DNA of 57,715 bases, from IMG/VR virus record IMGVR_UViG_3300032212_000007, positions 1 through 57,715 of that record; one strand, written 5' to 3'. This stretch comes from a virus. Lineage: Duplodnaviria; Caudoviricetes. The notes below the pieces were generated by a model, which worked only from the letters and a program-made list of their open reading frames with translations, was not told the origin of the DNA and made no database searches. The position numbers were made by a program, and so were the translations under genes. Below are positions 17,936 to 27,713 of this stretch, in pieces. How positions within the stretch are numbered: position 1 is the stretch's first letter; every line of letters starts with the position of its first letter.

Positions 17936-18643
17936 TTACCTCGCATTTAATAATTCTTCTTGTGTAGGACCTCTTGTAACATCAGCTCCAAAGGGATCAA
18001 AAGCATCAGCCTGTCCTTGTAAGACTTGTTGAGCTATAGTGTCTGTTTTATTAGGGTCTTTATCTATCTCTGCTGCTGCAGCATCTGCTGACATTTGTTC
18101 TAATGATGTTGTAGTATCTGCCCCTAGGGCCGCTCTCTCTTCTGCTGTACGTAGTCTATCCGGTCTAGTATCTTCTTCTAAAGGACCTGTAACATCCGCT
18201 GCAAATGGATCTTTAGACTTATCTTCGATAGCTTCTAACTCCATTTTAAAGGCTGTTAAAGCATCTTTAGACGTTGGCGGAACAGTATTTACATTCTTTA
18301 ATCCACCAACATGAGCTATAGCTGTTACCTGAGCCATAACAGTTGGCTCCATAAGTAACGCCATATCTACAGACCATTTCCCTTTACTTACGCCAGCCAG
18401 CAATACTGTCTTAGCTATGTCCTGTACATTTATACCTGCTTGATTCTTTTCCACACCAGCCTTAAGAGTCTCAATAATTCTATATGATTGCTCTGGAGCT
18501 GATAAACTAGTCCATATAGCCCTTAATGCTTGATCATGTTCTACATATTGTGGAGGCTTATCCCACGGCCTATTGCCTAACTTTTCAGTTAAAGCTTGTC
18601 CGGGAATAGGAGCATCAAATAAGTCTTTTGTTCTATCGGCCAT
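17936..18643 (-). CDS. Putative virion protein
   Basis: DAPIPGQALT...RPWDKPPQY motif; lies in the structural operon. Confidence 0.5.
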   Translation of the reverse strand: MADRTKDLFDAPIPGQALTEKLGNRPWDKPPQYVEHDQALRAIWTSLSAPEQSYRIIETLKAGVEKNQAGINVQDIAKTVLLAGVSKGKWSVDMALLMEPTVMAQVTAIAHVGGLKNVNTVPPTSKDALTAFKMELEAIEDKSKDPFAADVTGPLEEDTRPDRLRTAEERAALGADTTTSLEQMSADAAAAEIDKDPNKTDTIAQQVLQGQADAFDPFGADVTRGPTQEELLNAR

Positions 18644-18651
18644 ATATCTTC

Positions 18652-18960
18652 CTATTTTACATTCATATATTTACTGAGCATAGCTATCCATCTAGCTTCT
18701 ATCTCAGCAGGATTAGTTACTTCAGCGGACTGTCCTGTTAAAACTCTTGCGGGGCTTTTACTCACTCCTGTCATCCCTTCTTTTAACTCTCTTGAAGATG
18801 GTAATGAGGTTTGTTGTGTCTCTCTTTCAACCCGTCCAATAGTCCCTTTAGCTAAGTCTTTAAAGAAGTTAAAAGTATTCTCACTTGTGGAAGTCCCTGC
18901 AAAAGGAACGCCGGTTGCTTTAGCGAAGCCTCCGTCAGGTATGCCTGTATCATTTATCAT
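18652..18960 (-). CDS. Hypothetical virion protein
   Basis: 102-aa ORF in the operon; shares an 18-aa motif with 27703-28911. Confidence 0.5.
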   Translation of the reverse strand: MINDTGIPDGGFAKATGVPFAGTSTSENTFNFFKDLAKGTIGRVERETQQTSLPSSRELKEGMTGVSKSPARVLTGQSAEVTNPAEIEARWIAMLSKYMNVK

Positions 18961-18979
18961 ATATTACCTGCTATGTTTA

Positions 18980-20419
18980 TTAGAAGAAGTCCAGAACCTT
19001 GTCAATGCCTGAAGACACATAGTCAACAGCCGTACCTAGGTCACTGAAATCAAGTTTATCAATAACTGTAGTAGCTAAATTACCTAAAGATTGTCCTGTA
19101 GCCCTATCTGTTAAGTACTCTCTATTACCGGAGACTACAGCTAAGTTATACGCCCTGTCAGCAGCACTTTCTGAGGCTTCAAAAGCCCATGCTAATTTAT
19201 CTCTATATTCCATTATCATATTATTTAAAGCAAAGTTACTGAGGTTCATTCTATTTTGTACATTTACTTGATTAGCTGCGTTAATTGCTGCAGTTTCTGC
19301 TGTGTTTAATCCTCTACGCCACTGTACGTTTGACTGATCTACTACTTGCTGATTTTGGGCATTCCATGTTTCTCTATTATTTTTAAGGTTAGCATTAAAT
19401 TGCTGTACCTGTAATTGTGTTTGTCTATCGAACTGAGCTACGGCTATAGTATTACCAGCATTTTGTGCTGCTATTGTATTAACTTGATTAGTATTGAACT
19501 TCTCAATATCTGATGTTAATTGGGCGTTAGTAGTCTTGATCTGTGATATAGTGCTAGCTATAAATTGTTGTACTTGAGTTTTACTAGCTGCGTTAAACTG
19601 TTCAGTAGCATTGGCTATACTGACGTCTGTTAACATGTTCTGCTGTCTTGCTTGGAAGTTTACCAGACTAGCTTGTTGTTCGGAATTAAACTCATTTAAA
19701 TCCCTTTGGAAATAGGTTTGAGCATCCGCCGCGGCTATAGGCAGTGCTGATTGCTGTATAGCTTGTACTATAGCACCAGCAGCTATTGAAGACCCTTGAA
19801 TACCTCTTGCTGCCATAGCTTCCATAGCTGCATTGTGGGATGCTTTAGCCCATGCTGGTACTTGTCCTGTTTCTATGTCTGCATATAATGATGCTAATCT
19901 GTTCTCTACTAATGCATCATCGGATAGATTAAATTTAGTAGGATCAAGTGTTTCTACAGGACTTGTAAATGTACCGGTTATTTGTTGACCTGTAGGATCA
20001 ACTCCTGCTAATACTTCTGCTGCATCTATCTGCTGTGCTGGAGCAGCCTGTTCAGTAGCTATGGTCGGGGCAGCTCCTATAGGCTGTACTCCAGCAATTT
20101 GAGCACCTTCGGGTGTTAGTTGTTGAGCGGTTAAAAACTCTTCTGGCTGTGCTGTCTGAATAGTAGGAACTAGCTCTCCTCCTACCGGAAGTGTAGGGTT
20201 CTGTACAAGTCCGCTTACAAACTCATTAATAGGGATATCTTGTTGTCCAGCAGTCTGTGCCGCTCTAAATGCCTTGGCACGCCCTCCACCAAATGCTTCG
20301 TTAAAGCCTGACGCTGCTGTTTGGGCTTCTAATGCAGTCAGACCGGATGCCTCCAGTTCTGCGGCTGTTTTGCCTGCTCTAAGTGCTGGATTCTCTCTTA
20401 ATTCTTGTGCAGTGGGCAT
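18980..20419 (-). CDS. Internal virion/ejection protein (Q/N/A-rich)
   Basis: VPAWA, QFNA repeats, DQSNVQWRR; positional. Confidence 0.55.
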   Translation of the reverse strand: MPTAQELRENPALRAGKTAAELEASGLTALEAQTAASGFNEAFGGGRAKAFRAAQTAGQQDIPINEFVSGLVQNPTLPVGGELVPTIQTAQPEEFLTAQQLTPEGAQIAGVQPIGAAPTIATEQAAPAQQIDAAEVLAGVDPTGQQITGTFTSPVETLDPTKFNLSDDALVENRLASLYADIETGQVPAWAKASHNAAMEAMAARGIQGSSIAAGAIVQAIQQSALPIAAADAQTYFQRDLNEFNSEQQASLVNFQARQQNMLTDVSIANATEQFNAASKTQVQQFIASTISQIKTTNAQLTSDIEKFNTNQVNTIAAQNAGNTIAVAQFDRQTQLQVQQFNANLKNNRETWNAQNQQVVDQSNVQWRRGLNTAETAAINAANQVNVQNRMNLSNFALNNMIMEYRDKLAWAFEASESAADRAYNLAVVSGNREYLTDRATGQSLGNLATTVIDKLDFSDLGTAVDYVSSGIDKVLDFF

Positions 20420-20421
20420 AA

Positions 20422-20760
20422 TTATTTATCCTGTTTAGTTTTAACTAGATCTGCTATATCTTTACGTAGATCGCCTATAGAATTCCCTAGGCCTGAAAGG
20501 CTGGTTAGTAAATTAGTTTGTAAATGTATCACATCATCTTTAGTAGCATAATTCTTTGGTAAATCTACTTTAACACCTGTTAACTCTTTATCCACACGTA
20601 GGAACCTCTCTTCGCATTCTTTATCATTATCGACTTGCTGCTGTATAATAGCATTTAATCTCTGTTCATTAGAGGATATTCGGTTATACATATGGTAGTA
20701 TATAATACCAATTAATGTGCCTATAATGGTAAGAACTGCTTTTATTAATATACTTTCCAT
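20422..20760 (-). CDS. Single-pass membrane protein with coiled coil
   Basis: N-terminal transmembrane helix; LPKNYATKDD motif. Confidence 0.5.
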   Translation of the reverse strand: MESILIKAVLTIIGTLIGIIYYHMYNRISSNEQRLNAIIQQQVDNDKECEERFLRVDKELTGVKVDLPKNYATKDDVIHLQTNLLTSLSGLGNSIGDLRKDIADLVKTKQDK

Positions 20761-20769
20761 AAGTCCTCA

Positions 20770-21897
20770 TTATGATTTTTGTAAGCCATATAATGCAATA
20801 GTACCGGATGTCATATTACCTGCCGAAATACTTAATTCAAATGCATCAATATCTACTGCGTCCGCTAAATGACCCCCACCAGTACCAGATACAGATCCTG
20901 TTGTTGCGGTATAGCCCATCTCTAAATTATAGGTAAGTCGATTTGTGGTGCTTGGTGAGTGAAATGTAATAACTGAATTATATACATCGCCTGCAGCGGA
21001 TGCGGGTGCTGTCGTAGTATCTGAAATATTTATTGAACTACTTACCGTATAATAAATTACTGAATTTGAGCCAGAAGATACAAATGAACTTAAATATCCC
21101 CTTGCTTGCACAAATGTAGAACCTAAGTCACTAGAGAACTTTAAAATAAGATTACCGGATCCTATACTGGATACCACATCTGTTAGTACAATTTGATATG
21201 TGTCGTATGTAGACGTTATACCTGCTGCAATAGTTTTTGATGTATCCGCACTTAAAGAGGTCGTTGAAATTAATGTCCATCCTTTATTTATTGTAGACAC
21301 TGCTCCCGACGTGACAGTGAAATCATCTGAATCAAAACTAGCAATACCTTTATTAGACGTGGAAGCATCTTCACCAGCTATAGTAACAGTAGTACCAGAA
21401 CCTGAAGTATCAATGCCCTCACCTCCAGCAATAGTTAATGCATTTGCGGTAGCTGCTGCGGTCCCGGAATCAGTTGGGAAGGAGTTTGTTACAGCCCCGG
21501 TTACAGCTACGGTAATAGAACCTGCCCCAACACTTGTTGAGATTCCTGTACCATCTGTTAAGACTGCTAATACAGGGTCCGCACTTGTAGAACCAATAAC
21601 TAACTGTCCGTTAGTAGCCTGTCCTAAGGGTGTTAAAGCACTAGTACCAGAGCCTAATAACACACCTCCATCAGTAAGTGTTGTGGCTCCTGTGCCTCCG
21701 TTAGCTACTGGTAATGTACCGCTTACCGAAGTGGCTAGAGGTATTTGAGGACCATCACCCGATCCGCCTGTATGGGTATGACCTGTAGAGCCATTAAATC
21801 CATCTTCAACAGCGTTATACTCATTATTAAAATGACTGGCCTCAATAGTATTTCCAGTAATTATATTAGCTGACTCTTGTCGTGTATATCCAACCAA
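20770..21897 (-). CDS. Tail fiber protein
   Basis: N-terminus GYTRQ...FNNEYNAV...GHTHTG; [11 protein letters not shown] repeat; Thr/Gly-rich; C-terminus SGTIALYG; TTG start. Confidence 0.75.
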   Translation of the reverse strand: MVGYTRQESANIITGNTIEASHFNNEYNAVEDGFNGSTGHTHTGGSGDGPQIPLATSVSGTLPVANGGTGATTLTDGGVLLGSGTSALTPLGQATNGQLVIGSTSADPVLAVLTDGTGISTSVGAGSITVAVTGAVTNSFPTDSGTAAATANALTIAGGEGIDTSGSGTTVTIAGEDASTSNKGIASFDSDDFTVTSGAVSTINKGWTLISTTSLSADTSKTIAAGITSTYDTYQIVLTDVVSSIGSGNLILKFSSDLGSTFVQARGYLSSFVSSGSNSVIYYTVSSSINISDTTTAPASAAGDVYNSVITFHSPSTTNRLTYNLEMGYTATTGSVSGTGGGHLADAVDIDAFELSISAGNMTSGTIALYGLQKS

Positions 21898-22494
21898 TTA
21901 AATATCCTCCTCGGAATTCTTGTCTATTTTAAATACTATATGACCTTTATAGCTACGGTTTGGGTATTTGTCCCTAGAGACTTTTCTTAATCCTTTTGCA
22001 CTAATACCGTGATCTCGTTCAAATTCGTTTAAATTACTGTAAATATGTTCAATACCATCTGGTGTTATTACTTTCCAATTCCACGGAAACTGTATCTCAC
22101 TAACATATTTACTAAGTTTTTTACGTGTTTCTGGTGTTACTTCATGGCCTAGTTTTGATTGAGATATTTTGGCTTTAGTCTCATCTGACATAGTACCACC
22201 TTCTCCTCCAAATGTCAAGTTATAGCCGTTGTCAATTGCATCATACCACTGAATAAAGAAGGGTTCCATTGTGTTTAGTACATGATCGTGATCCGGGTGT
22301 TCATATACAGTAGCTATTTTAAAATTATCTACACCATATTTATTAATAGCATTATGTAGTTTAAAATATGAGCTAGGATCTTTAGCTTTTGCTTGATGTT
22401 CTTTCCAACGTGTCTCTATATTACGTGCAGTAAATCCTATGTAAGGCTTCTTATTTACCATATTAGTGATTTTATAAATACTAGCTAATGACAT
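21898..22494 (-). CDS. Free-standing GIY-YIG homing endonuclease with NUMOD3-like motifs
   Basis: SIYKITN..PYIG, RWKEH, GYNLTFGGEG, MSDETKAKIS, TPETRKKLS; ATG overlaps the upstream stop (TAATG). Confidence 0.9.
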   Translation of the reverse strand: MSLASIYKITNMVNKKPYIGFTARNIETRWKEHQAKAKDPSSYFKLHNAINKYGVDNFKIATVYEHPDHDHVLNTMEPFFIQWYDAIDNGYNLTFGGEGGTMSDETKAKISQSKLGHEVTPETRKKLSKYVSEIQFPWNWKVITPDGIEHIYSNLNEFERDHGISAKGLRKVSRDKYPNRSYKGHIVFKIDKNSEEDI

Positions 22495-24044
22495 TATCTC
22501 TGTCCTTTCTGTAAATACTGACATTCAAAAGCATCAATCCTGTGTGGAGCTTCTGATGTACTTCCTGAGAACTTAAATTTAACTTCAAAGCAACTGCCAA
22601 TAAGATTCTTTTTAAATACTTGGACAGAGAAAGAGCTGTAAACTCCGGTTCCATATAGTGCCGTACCATATTTAGCTTGTCCACCAGTGAATGTTAAGGG
22701 AATAACCGCAGGTTGTAAAACATCTGCTTCATTGAAGTTTAATATAGCTGCTAGGTTTAACGTCAAATCACCATCAACTTTTGTATATACAGTTATCTTT
22801 TGTAGTACTTTACGGAAGAGGGCATCACTCATCATAATGTCGGGTGTAGCATATAAGTATGGAATACCTGTACCATCAAAATCATTGCCGCTTTCCATTT
22901 TACATACAAGACCACTTGTGGGGTGACCGAATACAGATAACTCTGAACCAGTGGAAAGATATTCACTATCCGTCCATGTCATATTTAGTCCTTCAAGTTT
23001 ACTCCATTCAAATTGTTTTTCCGCACTGGCTCTTCCTAAAAAGCCCGATGCATCAGCGTCATTAGCTAATGTAGTATCAATGAAGAAAATACGGTATTGA
23101 CTTTTATCCCTTATTAGACAACTAGCTATATCATCCTCTCCTTTACCTGATATTAAGGTACGGAAAGTAGGCTGTATGGCACGTGAAACTAGAGCTAAAT
23201 CAACATCACCTATACGATCAGTTCCTGCCAATGATCTTAACCCATCAGGGGCTAGATATATTAAATCTCCAGCAATCTCCTGTATGGAATCATGAGAAAT
23301 ACACCCAATACTTCGTGTAACACTTTGTATAGTAAAATCAGATGACGTATTACCTACTAATTTAAAAATACTATTTGTACAGAAAATATACAGAATATCT
23401 CTAAATCTTTTTAACCCCGTAACACGGTCGCCAACATTAATTTCAATTGCACCATTAGTACCGTCAAAATCTGTTTCAAGATTTGGTGAAGATATCGCTA
23501 TTGATGAGGAATTAGAAGCGGGAGCCAATACTAATCTGTTTTTAATCATCTCAGCATATTTAGGAGCGGTAGGGGTGCCTGTACCATTAATTACTGTCTC
23601 TGTTTGAGAGCTGTCAAAATGTCTAGCAGCATCTTGTCCTGTAGTAAGTATTACTACTTCCTCACTAATAGAGAAAGAAATAAATCTATGCTTTGTTGAT
23701 GATGTACTTAAATTAGCGGAATTAAGTTTAGTTCCCCACGTACTGCCTGTACCATAAAAGACATCCATAGATGTGGATCCTGTATTTTTACGACTGACAT
23801 ATACACCATCGTGGGCTACTTTACCTCCTAATAAAGGAGAACTTGCCAGTCCGGGGACAGTTGTAGTACTATACTTCTGAAAGCCTTTTATACGTTCATA
23901 ACCGCCTTCAAGAGATGGTTCGTAATTAATTAACTGAGAGGCAGTACCTAGTAACTGCTCTATAAGTCCGTGTTCAAGAAGTTCAACATTTTCTATTAAC
24001 CCCCCTCTACACGGTACTTTAATGTTCTGAAATCTATCTGCCAT
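22494..24044 (-). CDS. Tail tubular protein B / nozzle
   Basis: 516 aa beta-rich; NYEPSLEGGYERIKG, GCISHDSIQEIAGDLIYLAPDGLR; follows the adaptor gene. Confidence 0.7.
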   Translation of the reverse strand: MADRFQNIKVPCRGGLIENVELLEHGLIEQLLGTASQLINYEPSLEGGYERIKGFQKYSTTTVPGLASSPLLGGKVAHDGVYVSRKNTGSTSMDVFYGTGSTWGTKLNSANLSTSSTKHRFISFSISEEVVILTTGQDAARHFDSSQTETVINGTGTPTAPKYAEMIKNRLVLAPASNSSSIAISSPNLETDFDGTNGAIEINVGDRVTGLKRFRDILYIFCTNSIFKLVGNTSSDFTIQSVTRSIGCISHDSIQEIAGDLIYLAPDGLRSLAGTDRIGDVDLALVSRAIQPTFRTLISGKGEDDIASCLIRDKSQYRIFFIDTTLANDADASGFLGRASAEKQFEWSKLEGLNMTWTDSEYLSTGSELSVFGHPTSGLVCKMESGNDFDGTGIPYLYATPDIMMSDALFRKVLQKITVYTKVDGDLTLNLAAILNFNEADVLQPAVIPLTFTGGQAKYGTALYGTGVYSSFSVQVFKKNLIGSCFEVKFKFSGSTSEAPHRIDAFECQYLQKGQR

Positions 24045-24980
24045 CTAATTTATGTACCTAGAATATTCTGGGAAAGGAATTAGTTCATCAATAAGTAAGT
24101 TCACTTGTTCCTTAAATTCTGTTTTATAGAAGGATGCTAACTCTACGTTATCTCGGAATCTATTACCAGAGCTTAATACGCCAGATTTAAGTATATGTTT
24201 ATGTCTCTCTGGGAAAGCTGGAACATCTGTAGAGCTACTTAACTCTGTAAAAGCATCGTAGTATGCATAGCGTACCAGATACGTATTATCCGGTTTAATA
24301 GGGGCTACTTTCCAATTATTATCATTCTCTCTAACTACTTTAGAAGGTGTGGTATAGTTTGTTGTTAAAACAGCTCTACGTGCGTTCTCTAAATAGTTGT
24401 TTACATATGTATCTTCATCAATTAATGTAAGTTTTCTAGAGGAAGAGAAGGGAAATGCATTCTCTACTTTAAAACTAGTATCCGGTGTAGAGATAGTAGT
24501 AACTGACTCCGAAACGGTCATAACAGTAGCTGTTAATGTTGTAATAGTGAAGTCAGATCCTGTGTTTGCTGATAGGTTCTGCCATCTAACTTTCATTCCT
24601 ACCTCAAACCCTTTAGTAATGAAGCTACCTGCTGTTATAGTAAATGTAGATGTTCCAGAATCAGCAGTAACTGATGTAAAGTCATTCTCGTCACCGTAAA
24701 CACGATCAATATAAAAACTTCCCCAATCCAGTTTTGCCGCAGCGGAAGGGGAAGTATAATCAGTCTCACCGATGGTAAGTACTTGAGTAGTGAATACACG
24801 TTGGAAAGGCCATTCGTTATGTCCTTTTTGATAGATCTTAGCTAGAACATTATTAATTTGTTCTTTGATAAATAAGTGAAATCCTGTAGCCGCATCGAAC
24901 TCTGTAGTATCAGCGAATGGAACTTCATTAAAAGATGTTAAGATTTCATTAGCTATACCAAAATAGGTGTAATCTGCCAT
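24045..24980 (-). CDS. Tail adaptor / tubular protein A with an inserted beta domain
   Basis: N-terminal helices, EWPF, C-terminal PAFPERHKHIL; position after the capsid genes. Confidence 0.65.
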   Translation of the reverse strand: MADYTYFGIANEILTSFNEVPFADTTEFDAATGFHLFIKEQINNVLAKIYQKGHNEWPFQRVFTTQVLTIGETDYTSPSAAAKLDWGSFYIDRVYGDENDFTSVTADSGTSTFTITAGSFITKGFEVGMKVRWQNLSANTGSDFTITTLTATVMTVSESVTTISTPDTSFKVENAFPFSSSRKLTLIDEDTYVNNYLENARRAVLTTNYTTPSKVVRENDNNWKVAPIKPDNTYLVRYAYYDAFTELSSSTDVPAFPERHKHILKSGVLSSGNRFRDNVELASFYKTEFKEQVNLLIDELIPFPEYSRYIN

Positions 24981-25000
24981 ATAATTTAACCAATTTATTA

Positions 25001-25038
25001 AAGAAAGGGTGGAGTGCTATAGAACCCTATAACACTCC
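25001..25038 (-). terminator. Probable rho-independent terminator after the capsid genes
   Basis: Minus-strand hairpin GGAGTGTTATAG-GGTT-CTATAGCACTCC followed by ACCCTTTCTTT. Confidence 0.6.
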
Positions 25039-25046
25039 GTTAAAAC

Positions 25047-25508
25047 TTAGTTAGTGTAAGTCTTAGGTTCTGCTCTTGGAACAGCTAGTTTAGCAGGTGG
25101 TGTTATTTCAACACTCCACGCTATCTTACCTGTTATAGAGGCTGATGTTACAAAACTTCCAGCAATGTAGCCATCACTAGCAAGAAGAGTAACTGCTGTC
25201 GCTCCTGCTGCTACAGTAGTGAAAGTTCCTACTGCTGAATCAGTTTGTGCATCTATATAATCATCTGGATCAGTAGCCGAAGCTATTGTATTACCAAAAT
25301 CAGTATTAGTCACACCTACCAATGCAGTTGTAATTTCAGCATCAAAGTTCTTGAACATAGAACCTGCTTCAAAAGGTACTAGACGAAACACATCGCCGCT
25401 AGCAAAGCCGGCAGCATCTAGTTTAGCTAAATCAATAACTCCACTATAGATATTTGTGCTTGTTCTCTGGAAATCCGTACCCTGTAGATATGTATCTATA
25501 TTAGCCAT
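25047..25508 (-). CDS. Minor capsid / decoration protein
   Basis: 153-aa beta-rich ORF directly after the major capsid gene. Confidence 0.55.
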   Translation of the reverse strand: MANIDTYLQGTDFQRTSTNIYSGVIDLAKLDAAGFASGDVFRLVPFEAGSMFKNFDAEITTALVGVTNTDFGNTIASATDPDDYIDAQTDSAVGTFTTVAAGATAVTLLASDGYIAGSFVTSASITGKIAWSVEITPPAKLAVPRAEPKTYTN

Positions 25509-25523
25509 ATATCAGTTCTCCTA

Positions 25524-26426
25524 TTAATGAGTTACAAAGCCAACAAAAAGCATCTCTGGTCGGATAACTTTCCTACCAAATGCAGCCATACCCATGTATC
25601 TCTGCATCCACTTTCCATTGACATCTTCTATCTTGGTTTTTGTTATAGCCACCGCTGTAGCAGTCGCCTCCTTATGCCCAAACAGGATGATATCATCACT
25701 ATTTGCACTTACCGGAATATTAGTACTCTGATAAAGTTTAAAGCCATTAATCTCCTGTCCGCCAAACATTAAGTTCTTATTAAGGAATGAAGAACTTGAT
25801 CCTGTTACGGATGCATCAGATAATCCACTACTTTCTCTACGAAGTTGTTTGAAGAAAGCAGGTTTAGCAGCAGCAAATCTATTATCAGCATATACATTAT
25901 TCTCATCAAGAATAGTACATGCATCGCCTAAGAAGTCGATAGGTGAGATATTACCTGCGTCATTGTTAACCGTGATTGGAGAGCCTGATGCTCCTAAAAG
26001 AGCATTAGTACTAGCGTTATCTCTCATATGTTCCAGAATATTAACATCAATTGCTGATGTAAGATCAAACACTGCACGTGTCATTTGCTTGGAAGCCCAA
26101 TCAATGTTGGCTAGTTTAGTTTGAACATCTTCTGTAACGAAGTTAAACGATTTACCTTGGTCAATAAGAAGCTGAACTGAATCGTCATTTAGGAACTGAT
26201 CATTAGCTGATGCTCCTGCTGAGTAGTCTTCAATTGTAATCTCATTCTCTTTAAGGATGGTTAGAGTATCGCCATAAGCAAAAAGTTCTTGCTCATAGTC
26301 AGTGTTAGTTATAGCGGAACTTACAAGGTTCTCCCTAAGGTTCATGATTAATTCACGTGACCAGATTTCTGGTGCGTATTTACCTGTAGGGAAATTACCA
26401 AAGCCTGCCGCAGTTGGGAAGGTCAT
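25524..26426 (-). CDS. Major capsid protein
   Basis: PEIWS, ITNTDYE..GDT, LLIDQ, FGRKVIRPE; follows the scaffold gene. Confidence 0.88.
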   Translation of the reverse strand: MTFPTAAGFGNFPTGKYAPEIWSRELIMNLRENLVSSAITNTDYEQELFAYGDTLTILKENEITIEDYSAGASANDQFLNDDSVQLLIDQGKSFNFVTEDVQTKLANIDWASKQMTRAVFDLTSAIDVNILEHMRDNASTNALLGASGSPITVNNDAGNISPIDFLGDACTILDENNVYADNRFAAAKPAFFKQLRRESSGLSDASVTGSSSSFLNKNLMFGGQEINGFKLYQSTNIPVSANSDDIILFGHKEATATAVAITKTKIEDVNGKWMQRYMGMAAFGRKVIRPEMLFVGFVTH

Positions 26427-26461
26427 ATTATTCTCCTAATATTAATTAAAAAGAGCTAATA

Positions 26462-27214
26462 TCATTGAATCAAACCTTTATTGTCTTGTTCTTTGATCTT
26501 AGCCAAGTTTTCTCTAAACTCAGCATCAGACATATTATTAATTTGAGCCATAGTAAAATGAGTTCCTGTACCTTCTGTTTGTACCGAACTATCAGATTCA
26601 ATAGGCATACTATTAGTGATTTGGTCTTGTTTCATTTGTTTTGCCTCTTGTTCCTGTAATATCTTACTATCACGGTGATTTTTATAATAGTCTAAATAAA
26701 GTTTAGTGTCTTGTATGGTGACATCTTTATCCCCAGATAAAGCCTTTTGAGCTACAGGGGACTGATCTTTCAGCCATGTCTGGAAATCATCACTCTTCTT
26801 AACATCGGCTAAATCTGGTAAAGCTTCTTTTAAAGCTTGATTATGTTGTTGTGATGTTAGTTCAGATTGAGCATTACGAAGGAGTTCTATTTCCTTACGA
26901 ATCTCTTGACGAGTTTCTAGAGAGGCTTTGCCAGCCATAGTTAGCATGTTATTAAAACTATCAGGATGTTCTTTGGCAAAGTTAGCTAAATCCTCATCCG
27001 TCGATGGTAATTTATTTCTCTCTGCTTCAGTCAGTTTAGCCTGTAAGTCTGCAATAACAGTATCCTTATCATTGAGTTGCTTCGCAGTATAGGATCTAGT
27101 ATCATTGTAACGTTTGTTTAATGAAGCTAAATCATTCTGTAACTTTGAAGGGTCAGTAGAAGGATCTTGGTTCTGTGAGGGGTTCAAATTATTTGAAGTA
27201 GTCTCAGTAGTCAT
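26462..27214 (-). CDS. Scaffolding protein
   Basis: Coiled coil, KRYND, FQTWLKDQ, C-terminal INNMSDAEF; upstream of the capsid gene. Confidence 0.75.
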   Translation of the reverse strand: MTTETTSNNLNPSQNQDPSTDPSKLQNDLASLNKRYNDTRSYTAKQLNDKDTVIADLQAKLTEAERNKLPSTDEDLANFAKEHPDSFNNMLTMAGKASLETRQEIRKEIELLRNAQSELTSQQHNQALKEALPDLADVKKSDDFQTWLKDQSPVAQKALSGDKDVTIQDTKLYLDYYKNHRDSKILQEQEAKQMKQDQITNSMPIESDSSVQTEGTGTHFTMAQINNMSDAEFRENLAKIKEQDNKGLIQ

Positions 27215-27272
27215 GTGAATATTCCTTGGGGTTTATTATACAATAAAGTGGCCAAAGGGTTCCTATAAGTTA

Positions 27273-27713
27273 TTAAAGGGGTTCCTTTTTGGAAGTAGCC
27301 TTAAGATCTGAATCAACATCAGAAGATGTATCATCCTCTGTGTCATCTTCAGGTATAGTATCAGCGAAACCTAATAGATTATCGCGGACATTATCTGGTA
27401 AATCTTCTAACATCTTTTCAGCCTCTTCTCTAGGAAAGGGCATAAGGACGGTAGAAGCATCTGAGTATTTCATTACAACATCACCTACCTCAGGACCAAG
27501 CCATGCTCCCATGAACATAGCTACCTCAGGGGTAAATAATGTGACTGCAAATTCTTTCATCTCAGGTATTAAATTGTCTAAAGAAGTCTCCAATTCTGCT
27601 TCTATGTTTAAAGGAGCTTCTTGAGGTTGCTCAACAGGAGGGGCTGTATTAGCTACTGGAGCTGCCTCAGGTGTTGGAAGTGTTTCAGGTATTTGTGTAT
27701 TATTATCTATCAT
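27273..27713 (-). CDS. Hypothetical acidic protein
   Basis: 146-aa ORF in the structural operon. Confidence 0.55.
   Translation of the reverse strand: MIDNNTQIPETLPTPEAAPVANTAPPVEQPQEAPLNIEAELETSLDNLIPEMKEFAVTLFTPEVAMFMGAWLGPEVGDVVMKYSDASTVLMPFPREEAEKMLEDLPDNVRDNLLGFADTIPEDDTEDDTSSDVDSDLKATSKKEPL

Noticed and set aside
21898-22524. Group I intron around the GIY-YIG gene
   Set aside because: Both flanking genes look intact and there is no non-coding space for a ribozyme core
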